DNA of 64,000 bases from the NCBI GenBank assembly GCA_024679955.1, contig JAILCQ010000030.1, positions 33,482 to 97,481 on the forward strand, read 5' to 3'. Position 1 is the stretch's first letter. Every line of letters starts with the position of its first letter. Made by a program: the position numbers and the translations under genes. The DNA comes from Bacillota bacterium (GTDB taxonomy: Bacteria > Bacillota > Dehalobacteriia > UBA4068). Shown one piece after another: positions 40,311-49,953 of this stretch. Under the pieces are notes generated by a model, which saw only the letters and a list, made by a program, of their open reading frames with translations, did not search any database and was not told the DNA's origin.

Positions 40311-41471
40311 TTATTTTTTCCCGCTGAAACCGCTTTGGCTCAAAATATTGGAATCAAAACAAAAGTTCAGCTTGCTTTGCTGGCGTTTGCGGTCGATAGC
40401 CAGTTCGATCAAGGTATCCAGCAGTTCCCCATAGGGGACGCCCGCCGGTTCAAACAAATAAAAGGACAAAGAGCCGGGTATGGTATTCAACTCATTGACA
40501 TATACCCGTCCGGTTTCCCCGTTCAGCAAAAAGTCCACCCGGCACACGCCCCGGCAGTCCAAAGCGGTAAAAGCCCTGGCCGCCAGGGAACGGATCTCCT
40601 CCGCAGTCTGGTCGGGCAAGTCCGCCGGTATGCGCCGTTTTGCCCCGCTCATGCCTTTGGCGGAGGAACTGAGATATTTATCGGCAAAGGAAAGGATCTC
40701 TTCTTTGGAATAGGGTTCTTCGCACAGGGACAGCTTGATATCCCCGGGTTTGCCCAAAACCGCGCAGTTGATCTCTCGCAAGGGTTCCACCGCGTTTTCC
40801 ACCAGGATGCGGCAGGCGTATTCTCCGGCGGTTTCGATGCGGGAAATCAGGGTCTCCCGGTCCCTGGCCAAGCCGATGCCCACGGAAGAGCCCAGATTGG
40901 CCGGTTTGACGATCAGAGGATAGCGCAGCTTTTCTTCCAGGATGTCGACGATCTTCTGTTGATCTTCCTGCCATTGCTGGAAATAAAAACCGTAAAAATC
41001 CACCACGGGGATATCCGCTTCTTTCAAAACGGCTTTCATGGCGATTTTATCCATGCCGCAGGCGGAGCCCAGAACCCCCGGCCCGGCATAGGGTATGCCG
41101 GATAGCTCCAGCAGCCCCTGCAGGCAGCCGTCTTCCACGAAGGTGCCGTGTACCACCGGCAGCATCACATCGATCCGCTGCTGCCAGATTTTTCGCCTGG
41201 CCGGGAAACGCTCAAAGAGGATCTGCTCGCCGAAGGCCGGCGAATAACATACTTCCCTGGCCTGCTTCAACAATGCGGGCATATCGCGGAAGTTTTCCAG
41301 TTTCATCAGGTTATCCCCGCTGTACCAACGGCCTTCTTTGGAAATATATATGGGTACCACCTGATACTTATCCGTGTCCAAAGACAGCATGGCCTGCAGC
41401 GCGGAAATGATCGAAACCTCGTGTTCCACCGTTCTGCCGCCAAAAATCACGCCGACTGTAATCTTTTCCAT
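40311..41471 (-). CDS. ddl: D-alanine--D-alanine ligase family protein
   Basis: FGGRTVEHEVS, HG..EDG, KPANLGSSVG, DKY, NELNTIPG. Confidence 0.92.
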   Translation of the reverse strand: MEKITVGVIFGGRTVEHEVSIISALQAMLSLDTDKYQVVPIYISKEGRWYSGDNLMKLENFRDMPALLKQAREVCYSPAFGEQILFERFPARRKIWQQRIDVMLPVVHGTFVEDGCLQGLLELSGIPYAGPGVLGSACGMDKIAMKAVLKEADIPVVDFYGFYFQQWQEDQQKIVDILEEKLRYPLIVKPANLGSSVGIGLARDRETLISRIETAGEYACRILVENAVEPLREINCAVLGKPGDIKLSLCEEPYSKEEILSFADKYLSSSAKGMSGAKRRIPADLPDQTAEEIRSLAARAFTALDCRGVCRVDFLLNGETGRVYVNELNTIPGSLSFYLFEPAGVPYGELLDTLIELAIDRKRQQSKLNFCFDSNILSQSGFSGKK

Positions 41472-41498
41472 AGTGCCTCCCCTATTGCCTCTTCTGTA

Positions 41499-43100
41499 CT
41501 AATACACATCCGGTAAATCATTTTCATATAAAACAACGTCGCCTTCTTGGACGATTTGCGCCAATTTGCCATGGGCGTCCGTCAAATCGGCGGCGATATA
41601 ATAGCGTTCCTGAGGGAAACCCGCCGCTTGCAGGGCCGGTTCCATGATTTCTCCCCGTTTGTTTCCTACCAAAATAATATAATCGGCAACTTTCGTCATT
41701 TCCGCAGCGAATTGCCGGTTCAATTCTTCTTCCATTTCGCCCAATTCCACCATACCCGGGGTGATAATGATCTTTTGTCCGCCGGCCATCGCGGCCAATA
41801 CGGACAAGGCGGCCTTGGCCCCGGCCGGATTGGCGTTGTAGGCGTCGTCCAAAACCAAATATTTGCCTCTGTGTTTCAATTCCAGACGGTGGGCCACCGG
41901 CGTCAAATGCTTGACGCCCCGGGCGGCCATGGACAGAGGGACGGACAGCTGCGACGCGGCCGCGGCGGCGGCCAGGATATTGGACACATTATGCTCGCCC
42001 AGCAAGCGGCTGCGCACCGTTACCTTTTCCTCGCGGCTGCACAGGGTGAAGATACAACCATCCTGATCGTAACGGATATCCTCCGCCCAAAAATCGCAAT
42101 CGCTGTTATGCAGGCTGTAGCTTACCGTGGCGCAGGGGGCCTGGGCAGCGTTGGCCAAAATCAGCGGATCGTCAAAATTCAGCACCGCCACGCCGCCGGC
42201 GGGCAGGCCGCGGATCAATTCAAATTTCGTATCCACGATCGCCTGCTGGCTGCCAAAGGTTTCCATATGCTGGGGGCCGATGGCGGTAAGTATGCCGATC
42301 TGGGGCGCAGTCAATTCCACCAGCTCTTGGATATCGCCTTTTTGCCGGGCCCCCATTTCGGCAATGAAAACCTGATGGGTGGGACGCAATTGCTCCCGCA
42401 CCGTTCTGGTTATGCCCATGGGCGTATTGTAGCTGGCCGGCGTGGCCAGCGTATAGTATTTTTCGGAGGCGATGGCTTCCAAAATCTTTTTGACGCTGGT
42501 TTTGCCATAGCTGCCGGTGACGCCCACCCGCCGCAATTGGGGCATGGAGGCCAGTTTTTCCTGGGCTTCCCGATAGAAACCCCGGTTGATTTTGTTTTCC
42601 ACCGGCGCCAGCAGGCCGTTGGCGCAAAAGGCCAGGACAAAAGAAAAACGCAGGAACAAGCCGGCGGCCAGCGCCGCCAGCATGGCCATAAAACGGCCCG
42701 TCCAAGTCCCGCTGCCGGCATGCCAGGCCAGGCAGCCGATGAGCGCGGCAGGCAGCAAGGCCAGGGCGAAAGCGCCCCATCTGAGCCGCTTCACCCGGTC
42801 GGTGTTCACCAGGGGTTTGATCGTCTTTTCTTTATGGGTCAGGCCCCAGGCCAGGGAAATCACGGAGATCAGGACAAACAGGATCAAAGCCGCCGGCCGG
42901 GATATCCAGGCTGCCGCCGCCGGCAACAGAAAAGCCCAGGACGCCAAAGAGGCTTCCCGGCGGAAATTCCGTTTGTACCAACGGCGATAGCGGTCGTTGC
43001 GATAGGAATTTTGCTGCAGCATATGCAAATCATGGGGCAAACGCAGCAAAAACCATTGCGCAAACCAAAGCGCGGCGACAAAGATGGCTATATATATCAT
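41499..43100 (-). CDS. murF: MurF-type Mur ligase with an N-terminal multi-TM domain
   Basis: GVTGSYGKT, SYNT..G, EMG, HMETFGS, DDAYNANP, MVELG; hydrophobic first ~160 aa. Confidence 0.8.
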   Translation of the reverse strand: MIYIAIFVAALWFAQWFLLRLPHDLHMLQQNSYRNDRYRRWYKRNFRREASLASWAFLLPAAAAWISRPAALILFVLISVISLAWGLTHKEKTIKPLVNTDRVKRLRWGAFALALLPAALIGCLAWHAGSGTWTGRFMAMLAALAAGLFLRFSFVLAFCANGLLAPVENKINRGFYREAQEKLASMPQLRRVGVTGSYGKTSVKKILEAIASEKYYTLATPASYNTPMGITRTVREQLRPTHQVFIAEMGARQKGDIQELVELTAPQIGILTAIGPQHMETFGSQQAIVDTKFELIRGLPAGGVAVLNFDDPLILANAAQAPCATVSYSLHNSDCDFWAEDIRYDQDGCIFTLCSREEKVTVRSRLLGEHNVSNILAAAAAASQLSVPLSMAARGVKHLTPVAHRLELKHRGKYLVLDDAYNANPAGAKAALSVLAAMAGGQKIIITPGMVELGEMEEELNRQFAAEMTKVADYIILVGNKRGEIMEPALQAAGFPQERYYIAADLTDAHGKLAQIVQEGDVVLYENDLPDVY

Positions 43101-43110
43101 ACTCGCTCCT

Positions 43111-43875
43111 CTAATCCTGATGCGTCAGAAAATAATCGATGATTCTGTAAAAGCGCTGCGGTTCGTTTAAAAAAGGATAATGCCCGGCCTGTTCAAAAAC
43201 CACCAAACCGGCGTCGGCGATCTCCGCTTCCATGATCTTGGCGTCCGACAAAGGCGTGGCCGTGTCCAAAGCCCCCCATAGCAACAAAGCGGGGACGGCG
43301 ATCTGCTTGAGACAGGGACGCAGGTCCTGATTGACCACCTTGACGAAAATCTGACGCATCACGCCCTGGGCCGCCCGATAATCCGAGGACGGGTTGGCGT
43401 TGAGCCACAAAGACAGCAGCCGCTGACGGTAGCGTCGTATGCCGGGCAGCCGGCAAATGGCTTTGGCCGCTTTATACGAATACACCCGCGCATAATAGGA
43501 CAAGCCGCGGCGGGGTTTGATGCCGGCGCTGTCGCAAAGAACGATCTTTTGGCAATGGCCTGCCGCCGCCAAAACGATGGTCACCCGGCCCCCGAAGGAA
43601 TGGCCGAAAACCACCGGCTGTTGCCAGCCCAAATGGTCGATAAACGCTTTCACGAAGGCGGCGTATTCGTTTACGCCCCAAACCTCCGGAGGCTCCTGGC
43701 TTTGGCCGAATCCGGGAAAATCCAGACTGCAGACCGTGCAGCTTTCCGCCAGATGCAGGCGCAAATCCTCCAGCGTATCGCTATCTACGCCCCAACCGTG
43801 CAGCAACAGAACCTGAGGCCGCCCTTGCCCGGACAGCCGGTAACGCACCGATAAACCGGCGATTTTTTCGATCAT
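43111..43875 (-). CDS. Alpha/beta hydrolase
   Basis: HGWG, DFPGFG, nucleophile elbow GHSFGG, WG..D..TP, AGH. Confidence 0.92.
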   Translation of the reverse strand: MIEKIAGLSVRYRLSGQGRPQVLLLHGWGVDSDTLEDLRLHLAESCTVCSLDFPGFGQSQEPPEVWGVNEYAAFVKAFIDHLGWQQPVVFGHSFGGRVTIVLAAAGHCQKIVLCDSAGIKPRRGLSYYARVYSYKAAKAICRLPGIRRYRQRLLSLWLNANPSSDYRAAQGVMRQIFVKVVNQDLRPCLKQIAVPALLLWGALDTATPLSDAKIMEAEIADAGLVVFEQAGHYPFLNEPQRFYRIIDYFLTHQD

Positions 43876-43956
43876 AGGCTCCCTGTCCTTTTCCAATTGC
43901 AAACCTATCGCGTATCGTCGTTTCTATTTCTATATAAGTATAAGCAATTAATATTT

Positions 43957-43985
43957 TTTATACCATATAAATAAGGAAAGTGCAA
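43957..43985 (-). promoter_or_regulatory. sigmaA promoter of the hydrolase-murF-ddl operon
   Basis: TTGCAC-N17-TATAAA with a TG motif. Confidence 0.55.
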
Positions 43986-44136
43986 ACACTTTTTTCCGCT
44001 TTCCCGCGGGGCGGGCAAAACAAAAGAGGCCGTGCCCGGCGTCAGCGCCGATTGTTCAGCCTCTTTGTATATTGCTAACGGTATAAACGATACGTCTTCC
44101 GACGGTTTTTCCCGGCGGAATCCATCGCTTCCGCCA

Positions 44137-44661
44137 TCAATACGGATCGCCGCAAACCCAACTGGCGGCCCATCCTTCTTTGCCGTTGCTCAGTCTCACA
44201 TGATACCAAACGCCGTCGCTGGCCGTGGTTTCCCCTAAATAGGTCAACACCGTGCCGGCGTCAGCCGTATCGACGACGGAGGCGGATGTGGAAGCGGAAG
44301 AACGGATATTGATGGTACTGGAGGTAACTTTCACGGAAGTATTGCTACCGGTATTGTCTCCGTTATCGCCGGTATTGGCGTCGGTGTTGGTATCGCCGCC
44401 AGACGGGGTATTGTCCACAGGCGCGGCCCCGGAGCCGCCGTTGATCACATAGGATTGCAAATCTTCCAATTGGGTTTGCAATTCCAGGGTTTTTTGTCCC
44501 ACCAAATCGTCAACGTAACTCTGGGAAACCAAAGGATCGTTGGAACTGCCCGGCATCACCGTCACCGCGTTTACCACCTGGCCGATCACAAAACCTACGC
44601 CGCCAAACACCAAAGCCGTAACAATCAATACCGCAACGGCGCCTTTATTCATCGCAAACAC
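44137..44661 (-). CDS. Membrane-anchored SH3b domain protein
   Basis: TM segment, PGSSNDPLVSQSYVD, Gly/Asn/Thr linker, INIRS...WYHV...GW. Confidence 0.85.
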   Translation of the reverse strand: MFAMNKGAVAVLIVTALVFGGVGFVIGQVVNAVTVMPGSSNDPLVSQSYVDDLVGQKTLELQTQLEDLQSYVINGGSGAAPVDNTPSGGDTNTDANTGDNGDNTGSNTSVKVTSSTINIRSSASTSASVVDTADAGTVLTYLGETTASDGVWYHVRLSNGKEGWAASWVCGDPY

Positions 44662-44718
44662 TCCTTTAATTCAACTTTAGACTTACTTTATATAAAATTT
44701 TAAAAATTTATGTCGGAT

Positions 44719-45771
44719 TCAACGGGTTTTCTGCGGGATCTGCTTTTCCGGCAAAACCAGCTTCTTACCGCGTAAAACGCCCAATTTCTCTCCCCCGGCA
44801 AAAATGCCAATGGTGACCAGGATCAAAATCACCACCGCCTGGGAACTGGTGAGCACCGCCATCAGCACCGCGCTCAGCCCCATCACCAGACTGATGGCAT
44901 AAATCGCCAATACGGTTTGCCGGTGGCTGAGGCCCAAGGACAACAGGCTGTGATGCAAATGGCCTTTGTCCGCCTGGAATATGGGTTTATGCAGAAACAT
45001 GCGGCGCAAAATGGAAAACAGCGTATCGAAAATGGGGATGCCCATAATAATGAAGGGGATGAACAGGGACACCACCGTGGCGCCTTTGGACAAGCCCATG
45101 ATGGCGATGGCTCCCAGGACAAAGCCCAGGAACAAAGAACCGCAATCCCCCATAAACGTTTTCGCCGGATGGAAATTGTAACGCAGGAAACCTGCAGCCG
45201 CGCAAACCAGGATCACCGCCGCGATAGCGGCCGGGGCATTGCCTTGGGCCAGGCAAACTGCGGCCATGCACAGGGCGGCGATGGCGGAAACGCCGGCGGA
45301 CAAACCGTCCAAACCGTCGATCAGGTTGACCGCGTTGGATACGCCGGTCAGCCACAGCACGGTGACCGGAATGCCCCAAAAGCCCAGATCGATCAGGCCG
45401 CCGTTTAGAGGATTGGTGATAAACTGTACGCCGGAGCTGCCCAGGCAAAACACCAAGGAAGCGACGATTTGCCCCAACAGCTTCACCTTGGGCGAAATGC
45501 CCCGGATATCGTCCACCAAGCCGGTCAGCATCACCAGCGTGCTGGAAACCAACAAGGCCGCCACCGGCCTGGTATAGCAGCCGGAAAGCAATACGCCCAC
45601 CACAAAGCCGGCATAAATGGCCACGCCGCCCATGCGAGGCGTAGGCGTTTGATGGACTTTGCGGGCATTGGGCTGATCCACGATATGGTACTTGTGCGCC
45701 AAACGAATGGCCAGCGGGGTGACCAGCAAAGCCGTTATCAAGGCCGCAACCATACTGAAAGCTATCTGCAT
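44719..45771 (-). CDS. tagO: Undecaprenyl-phosphate GlcNAc-1-phosphate transferase (TagO/WecA family)
   Basis: RKVH..PTPRMGG, GLVDD, NAVNLIDGLDGL, FMGDCGS, DKGHLHH. Confidence 0.9.
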   Translation of the reverse strand: MQIAFSMVAALITALLVTPLAIRLAHKYHIVDQPNARKVHQTPTPRMGGVAIYAGFVVGVLLSGCYTRPVAALLVSSTLVMLTGLVDDIRGISPKVKLLGQIVASLVFCLGSSGVQFITNPLNGGLIDLGFWGIPVTVLWLTGVSNAVNLIDGLDGLSAGVSAIAALCMAAVCLAQGNAPAAIAAVILVCAAAGFLRYNFHPAKTFMGDCGSLFLGFVLGAIAIMGLSKGATVVSLFIPFIIMGIPIFDTLFSILRRMFLHKPIFQADKGHLHHSLLSLGLSHRQTVLAIYAISLVMGLSAVLMAVLTSSQAVVILILVTIGIFAGGEKLGVLRGKKLVLPEKQIPQKTR

Positions 45772-45817
45772 ACGCCGATTACTCCCTTTGCTAAAAGCCT
45801 ATGGAAAACGCCGTTTT

Positions 45818-46573
45818 TTATAAACCGGACGCTCCCATATCATATACGATTACCCCATCGGGCAAGGCGATTTCTTCGTCGCTGATATCGTTGATACGCA
45901 AATCCTCATAAGCTACGGTATAGCGGTCGCCCAAAGAATCGGTAAAGGCCACCTGCAGCGGCATACCGTACAAAGTGCTCACCCACAATTGATCGCCCGT
46001 GCCCGTTTGCAGCACCTTGCATACCTGTCCGTTGATCTCTTCCGTATCCGTCACGGTACAGGACAGATAATCCTCCGCTTTCGGCTGATCGGGCAAATCC
46101 GGATCCGATGGAGAAAATTCCATCATAACGGCGCTGTTTCCTTCCGACGGGGTATAAGAAATCACCGTGTTCTCGTTAAAGTCGTAATACATTTCCGAAC
46201 CGGTCATACCGGCCATGGTGGAGACGCATTTCATTTGATTGTCTTTGAACCAAACCTGTATCTCCACATTGCCATCCACATAAGGGATGGTTTGCCGGAA
46301 GTAGTAGGACTCCACTTTGGACTGGGCCGCCGTTAGATCTTCCAAGGTGGCGGCGGCGCCGTAATCGACAAAACCGCCGGTTTCCGCTTCCTCTTCCGCC
46401 GTTTGCTCTTCTTCTTCCTCCTGGACCTGGCCGCCGTCCCCGCCGATACCGGGTTCGATGATGACCGGCTGCACTTCTCCGACGCCGTCGTCCTCCTTGG
46501 CGCAGCCGGCGCAAAACAGCAGCAACGCCCCTATGAGGAGAAATAAAAACGGTCTGAATCTACTATGCATCAT
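45818..46573 (-). CDS. Lipoprotein, LolA-like fold (predicted)
   Basis: Lipobox CAG-C, acidic linker, EEINGQVC, LWVS...GMPLQV, C-terminal LPDGV. Confidence 0.65.
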   Translation of the reverse strand: MMHSRFRPFLFLLIGALLLFCAGCAKEDDGVGEVQPVIIEPGIGGDGGQVQEEEEEQTAEEEAETGGFVDYGAAATLEDLTAAQSKVESYYFRQTIPYVDGNVEIQVWFKDNQMKCVSTMAGMTGSEMYYDFNENTVISYTPSEGNSAVMMEFSPSDPDLPDQPKAEDYLSCTVTDTEEINGQVCKVLQTGTGDQLWVSTLYGMPLQVAFTDSLGDRYTVAYEDLRINDISDEEIALPDGVIVYDMGASGL

Positions 46574-46643
46574 GGCATTGCCTCTCTTTCTCTTGCTTTC
46601 AGCCTGGGAAATTCGTGCGCCATTGAAACCACATAGTTAGTGT

Positions 46644-46672
46644 TATTATAACACATTTCCTGCCATTAGACA
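46644..46672 (-). promoter_or_regulatory. sigmaA promoter of the lipoprotein-tagO unit
   Basis: TTGTCT-N17-TATAAT with a TG motif. Confidence 0.65.
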
Positions 46673-46709
46673 ATATTCAGACGTTTTTTTCTTAAAATAT
46701 GTTCCCGGC

Positions 46710-47585
46710 TTATTTCCGGCGCTGGCAGAAGAACGCGGGCATTTCCCGGAGCACGGCCGCCTCTTCCGGCCAGTCCAGCAACAAGCGCCGGGCCTCTCCC
46801 GCCAACTCCCGGGCATAGGCCATAGCGCCCTCGCAGCCCAAAAGCGTGGCGTAGGTGGTCTTGGCGTTTTTGGCGTCGCTGCCGGTGGGTTTGCCCAGCA
46901 AAGCGGCGTCGCCTTGGATATCCAAAACGTCGTCGGTGATTTGGAAGATATAGCCCAACAAATCGCTGTAGCGTTTCAGGGTCTCGATCTGATCCTCCCT
47001 GGCCTCCGCCAGATAGGCGCCGCTGACGATGGAAGCGGAAAACAAAGCGCCGGTTTTTTGCCGGTCGATATAGCGCAGCAGATCCCGGCCGATCTCCTGC
47101 CCCGCCGCCGCCACATCCGCAGCTTGTCCCGCCACCATACCGTCGACCCCGGCCTGTCGGGCCGTCCAGGCAATGGCCTGCAACAGGGGCCGGGCCGGAG
47201 CAGGCGTCTCGGCCATAACGGCGAAAGCATGGGTCAGCAAAGCGTCCCCGGCCAATATGGCGTTGGCCTCGCCATAAACCTTATGGCAGGTGGGCCGGCC
47301 CCGCCGCCAATCGTCGTTATCCATGGCGGGCAAATCGTCATGGATCAGCGAATAGGTGTGTATCATTTCCAAAGCCGCGGCAAAAGGCAAATAGGCCGCG
47401 CCCACTTTGCCGCAGGCCTCCATCGTGGCCAGGAACAAAGCGGGACGCAATCTTTTGCCCCCGGCCAATACGCTGTGGCGCATCGCCGCGAACAGCGTCT
47501 CTTCCCGGGGGCTGGGGGCCGTCAAGATATCCTGCAACTGTTTTTCCACCATTGCGGCGGTTTTTTGCAAATATTCGTTAATCAT
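46710..47585 (-). CDS. ispA: Farnesyl diphosphate synthase
   Basis: GGKRLRP, LIHDDLPAMDNDDWRRG, KT, FQITDDVLD. Confidence 0.95.
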   Translation of the reverse strand: MINEYLQKTAAMVEKQLQDILTAPSPREETLFAAMRHSVLAGGKRLRPALFLATMEACGKVGAAYLPFAAALEMIHTYSLIHDDLPAMDNDDWRRGRPTCHKVYGEANAILAGDALLTHAFAVMAETPAPARPLLQAIAWTARQAGVDGMVAGQAADVAAAGQEIGRDLLRYIDRQKTGALFSASIVSGAYLAEAREDQIETLKRYSDLLGYIFQITDDVLDIQGDAALLGKPTGSDAKNAKTTYATLLGCEGAMAYARELAGEARRLLLDWPEEAAVLREMPAFFCQRRK

Positions 47586-47769
47586 CGCGCAAAGCTTCCT
47601 CCGCCAAATCCAATCGGGCGCGGCATTGCTGGATCAAAGCCACGCCTTGCCGGTACTGCTCCAGCATTTCTTCCAAAGGCAAAGCGCCTTCCTCCATCTT
47701 GGCCACGATCTCCGACAATTCGTTCAGCAATTGTTCATAGGTCTTTTCTTTCTTCGCCGCCTTGGCCAT
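47578..47769 (-). CDS. xseB: Exodeoxyribonuclease VII small subunit
   Basis: YEQLLNELSEIVAKMEEGALPLEE..Y.QG; follows xseA. Confidence 0.92.
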   Translation of the reverse strand: MAKAAKKEKTYEQLLNELSEIVAKMEEGALPLEEMLEQYRQGVALIQQCRARLDLAEEALRDD

Positions 47770-48979
47770 GTTCTTCCTCCTTTTGCTCCACCAGGCATTG
47801 CAGCCGGCCTTTGGCCAGCAGCAGATGCAAACGTTGTCCCGGCTGCACCTGAGCCGCGTCCCGGATCAAGGCCCGGTTTTCATCCTGGGCCAGGGCATAG
47901 CCTCTGGCCAAGGTGGCCAAAGGGCTGAGGCGTTCCAGGGCCCCGGCCTGGGCCGCCGCCTGCTGCCGGCATCGGGTCATATAATCCCGGGCCGAACGCC
48001 GCAAAGCCGCCTCCCGCATATCCACATCTTTGACGGCCTCAGACAAATAGCGGGCGGGCTTGTCCCAGACGGCGGCAGCGGACAAAACCGTCAGCTGCTG
48101 CTTCCGCCGGTTGATACCATCGGCGAACAAGCGCCGCAGCCGCTGTTCCCCGGCGGCCAGCTCCCGGCGCAAAGTCTCGGCGGAAAAGACCGCCAGCTCC
48201 GCGCCTTGGCTGGGGGTAGCCGCCCGTACATCCGCCGCCGCATCCGCCAGGGTGAAATCCACCTCATGGCCTACCGCGGAAATCAGCGGCGTCTGCGCCT
48301 GGGCGATGGCCCGTACCACCGCTTCGCTGTCAAAGGCGGACAGATCCTCCGCCGAACCGCCGCCCCGGCCGCAAAGCAAGATCTCATGCCCGGCTGCGTC
48401 CGCCCGGTGGATGGCGGCGGCGATCTCCTCCGGCGCCTTGCCCCCCTGCACGGATGTGGGATACAGGGTCAGGCGTACCCCTTTGAAGCGTGCGTAGGCC
48501 ACCTTGCGGATATCCGCCCAGGCCGCGCCTTCAGACGAAGTGATCACGCCGATATCCGCGGCGTAAGCGGGCAGCGGCTTTTTCCTTTCGGGGTCGAACA
48601 AGCCTTCCGCCGCCAAACGCTCTTTCAGCGCGTCCTTGGCCACATCCAAAGCGCCCCGGCCCGCCGGGAACAGGCGTTTCACATACAGTTGGCAGGAACC
48701 GTTTTTTTCATACAGGGAAACCTGTCCCCAAGCCGTGACCGACATTCCATCCTGCGGCATAAAATCCAGCTCCGCCCTGTAGGAACGAAACATCACCGCT
48801 TTGATCCCCGCCTCCTCTTCCTGGAGAGTAAAATAGATATGGCCGGAGCTGTGGGCTTTGAAACCGGCGATCTCCCCCTGCACCAATATATCCTGAAGCA
48901 GCGTATCTTCCGCCAGGTATTCCCGCAGATAATTATTCAGTTGCGCCACGCCGATCACCGGCAGTTTTACATCTTCCAT
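47735..48979 (-). CDS. xseA: Exodeoxyribonuclease VII large subunit
   Basis: SGHIYFTL, VQG, RGGGSAEDL, SAVGHE, AATPS, LARGY. Confidence 0.96.
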   Translation of the reverse strand: MEDVKLPVIGVAQLNNYLREYLAEDTLLQDILVQGEIAGFKAHSSGHIYFTLQEEEAGIKAVMFRSYRAELDFMPQDGMSVTAWGQVSLYEKNGSCQLYVKRLFPAGRGALDVAKDALKERLAAEGLFDPERKKPLPAYAADIGVITSSEGAAWADIRKVAYARFKGVRLTLYPTSVQGGKAPEEIAAAIHRADAAGHEILLCGRGGGSAEDLSAFDSEAVVRAIAQAQTPLISAVGHEVDFTLADAAADVRAATPSQGAELAVFSAETLRRELAAGEQRLRRLFADGINRRKQQLTVLSAAAVWDKPARYLSEAVKDVDMREAALRRSARDYMTRCRQQAAAQAGALERLSPLATLARGYALAQDENRALIRDAAQVQPGQRLHLLLAKGRLQCLVEQKEEEHGQGGEERKDL

Positions 48980-49035
48980 ATTCTTTCAATTATCCCATTT
49001 TTATCTCATTATCTCCGCCGGCGGGCTTCGTCCCG

Positions 49036-49953
49036 CTAATCCAGCCGGCGCTGTCCCAAATACGCCACGCCTACGCTGTTGTCCCCGCTGTAGGCGGGGC
49101 CGGCGAAAAGCGCCTGGGGCAGCGAGGACAGATACGCCTTCACCAGCGAATTGCCGGCCACGCCCCCGGCCACCAAGGCCATATCGCAATGGTATTCCGC
49201 CAAAGCCCAAGCCAGGGCTTTCTTTAGAGAAGCGCCGATATTGACAAAAATCCCCTTGGCCAAAGCCCCGGGGGATACGCCGCTTTGCAATGCTCTTTGC
49301 GCGGCGCTTTCCGGCCCGGAAAAGGACATATCCCCGCCCCGGACCGCCGCCTTCAGGGGAAAAGCATCCTCACAGGCGTTTACCGCCAGGCTTTCCAAAG
49401 CCGGCCCCGCCGGAAACGGCAGGCCCATAGCCACGCCCAGACGGTCCACAAATTGGCCGGGGGCCAAATCGGCGCTGCCCACGGCCTGAATGGCAAAACC
49501 CGCGTCTTGCGGTTCCACATAGAGGATCTCCCCGGTGCCGCCGGACAAATGGGCGGCGATAAAAGGCCGACGGGGCCACATCCCCAAAGACCAGCAAGCC
49601 GCGGCCAAATGCCCCTCCTGATGGGAAACCGGCCATAACGGGCAACGGGCGGCGGCGGCAATGGTGGCGGCGGCGGCTTCTCCCGCCCGGAACACCGGCA
49701 TATAGGAGCCTTCCACCGGGCGCGGCTTCACCGACACCGCCACGCCCCGGATATCCGCCCCGCCCAGGGCGGTCTTCAATTCTTCCATCAGCGGCGGCAG
49801 ATTCTTGATATGCTGAAACACGGCCTCGCTTTGGCGCAGGCCGCGGCTGCGGTTTTCCACTGTCAAAAGCCGCCTCAAATCGACGATGAGGCGGCTTTGT
49901 TGCATCAAAGCTACAGAAGTCGTGTAGCAACTGGTATCCATTCCAACGATCAT
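49036..49953 (-). CDS. TsaD/Kae1-like (M22/ASKHA) paralog
   Basis: GMDTSCYTTS, GLRQSEAVFQH, SYMPVF, SHQEGH, HLSGG, GGVAGN, DNSVGVA. Confidence 0.85.
   Translation of the reverse strand: MIVGMDTSCYTTSVALMQQSRLIVDLRRLLTVENRSRGLRQSEAVFQHIKNLPPLMEELKTALGGADIRGVAVSVKPRPVEGSYMPVFRAGEAAAATIAAAARCPLWPVSHQEGHLAAACWSLGMWPRRPFIAAHLSGGTGEILYVEPQDAGFAIQAVGSADLAPGQFVDRLGVAMGLPFPAGPALESLAVNACEDAFPLKAAVRGGDMSFSGPESAAQRALQSGVSPGALAKGIFVNIGASLKKALAWALAEYHCDMALVAGGVAGNSLVKAYLSSLPQALFAGPAYSGDNSVGVAYLGQRRLD

Noticed and set aside
46639-46653. GTGTTAT-T-ATAACAC palindrome, similar to 51784-51795
   Set aside because: Both are explained by extended -10 (TGnTATAAT) promoter elements; there is too little evidence for a shared operator.
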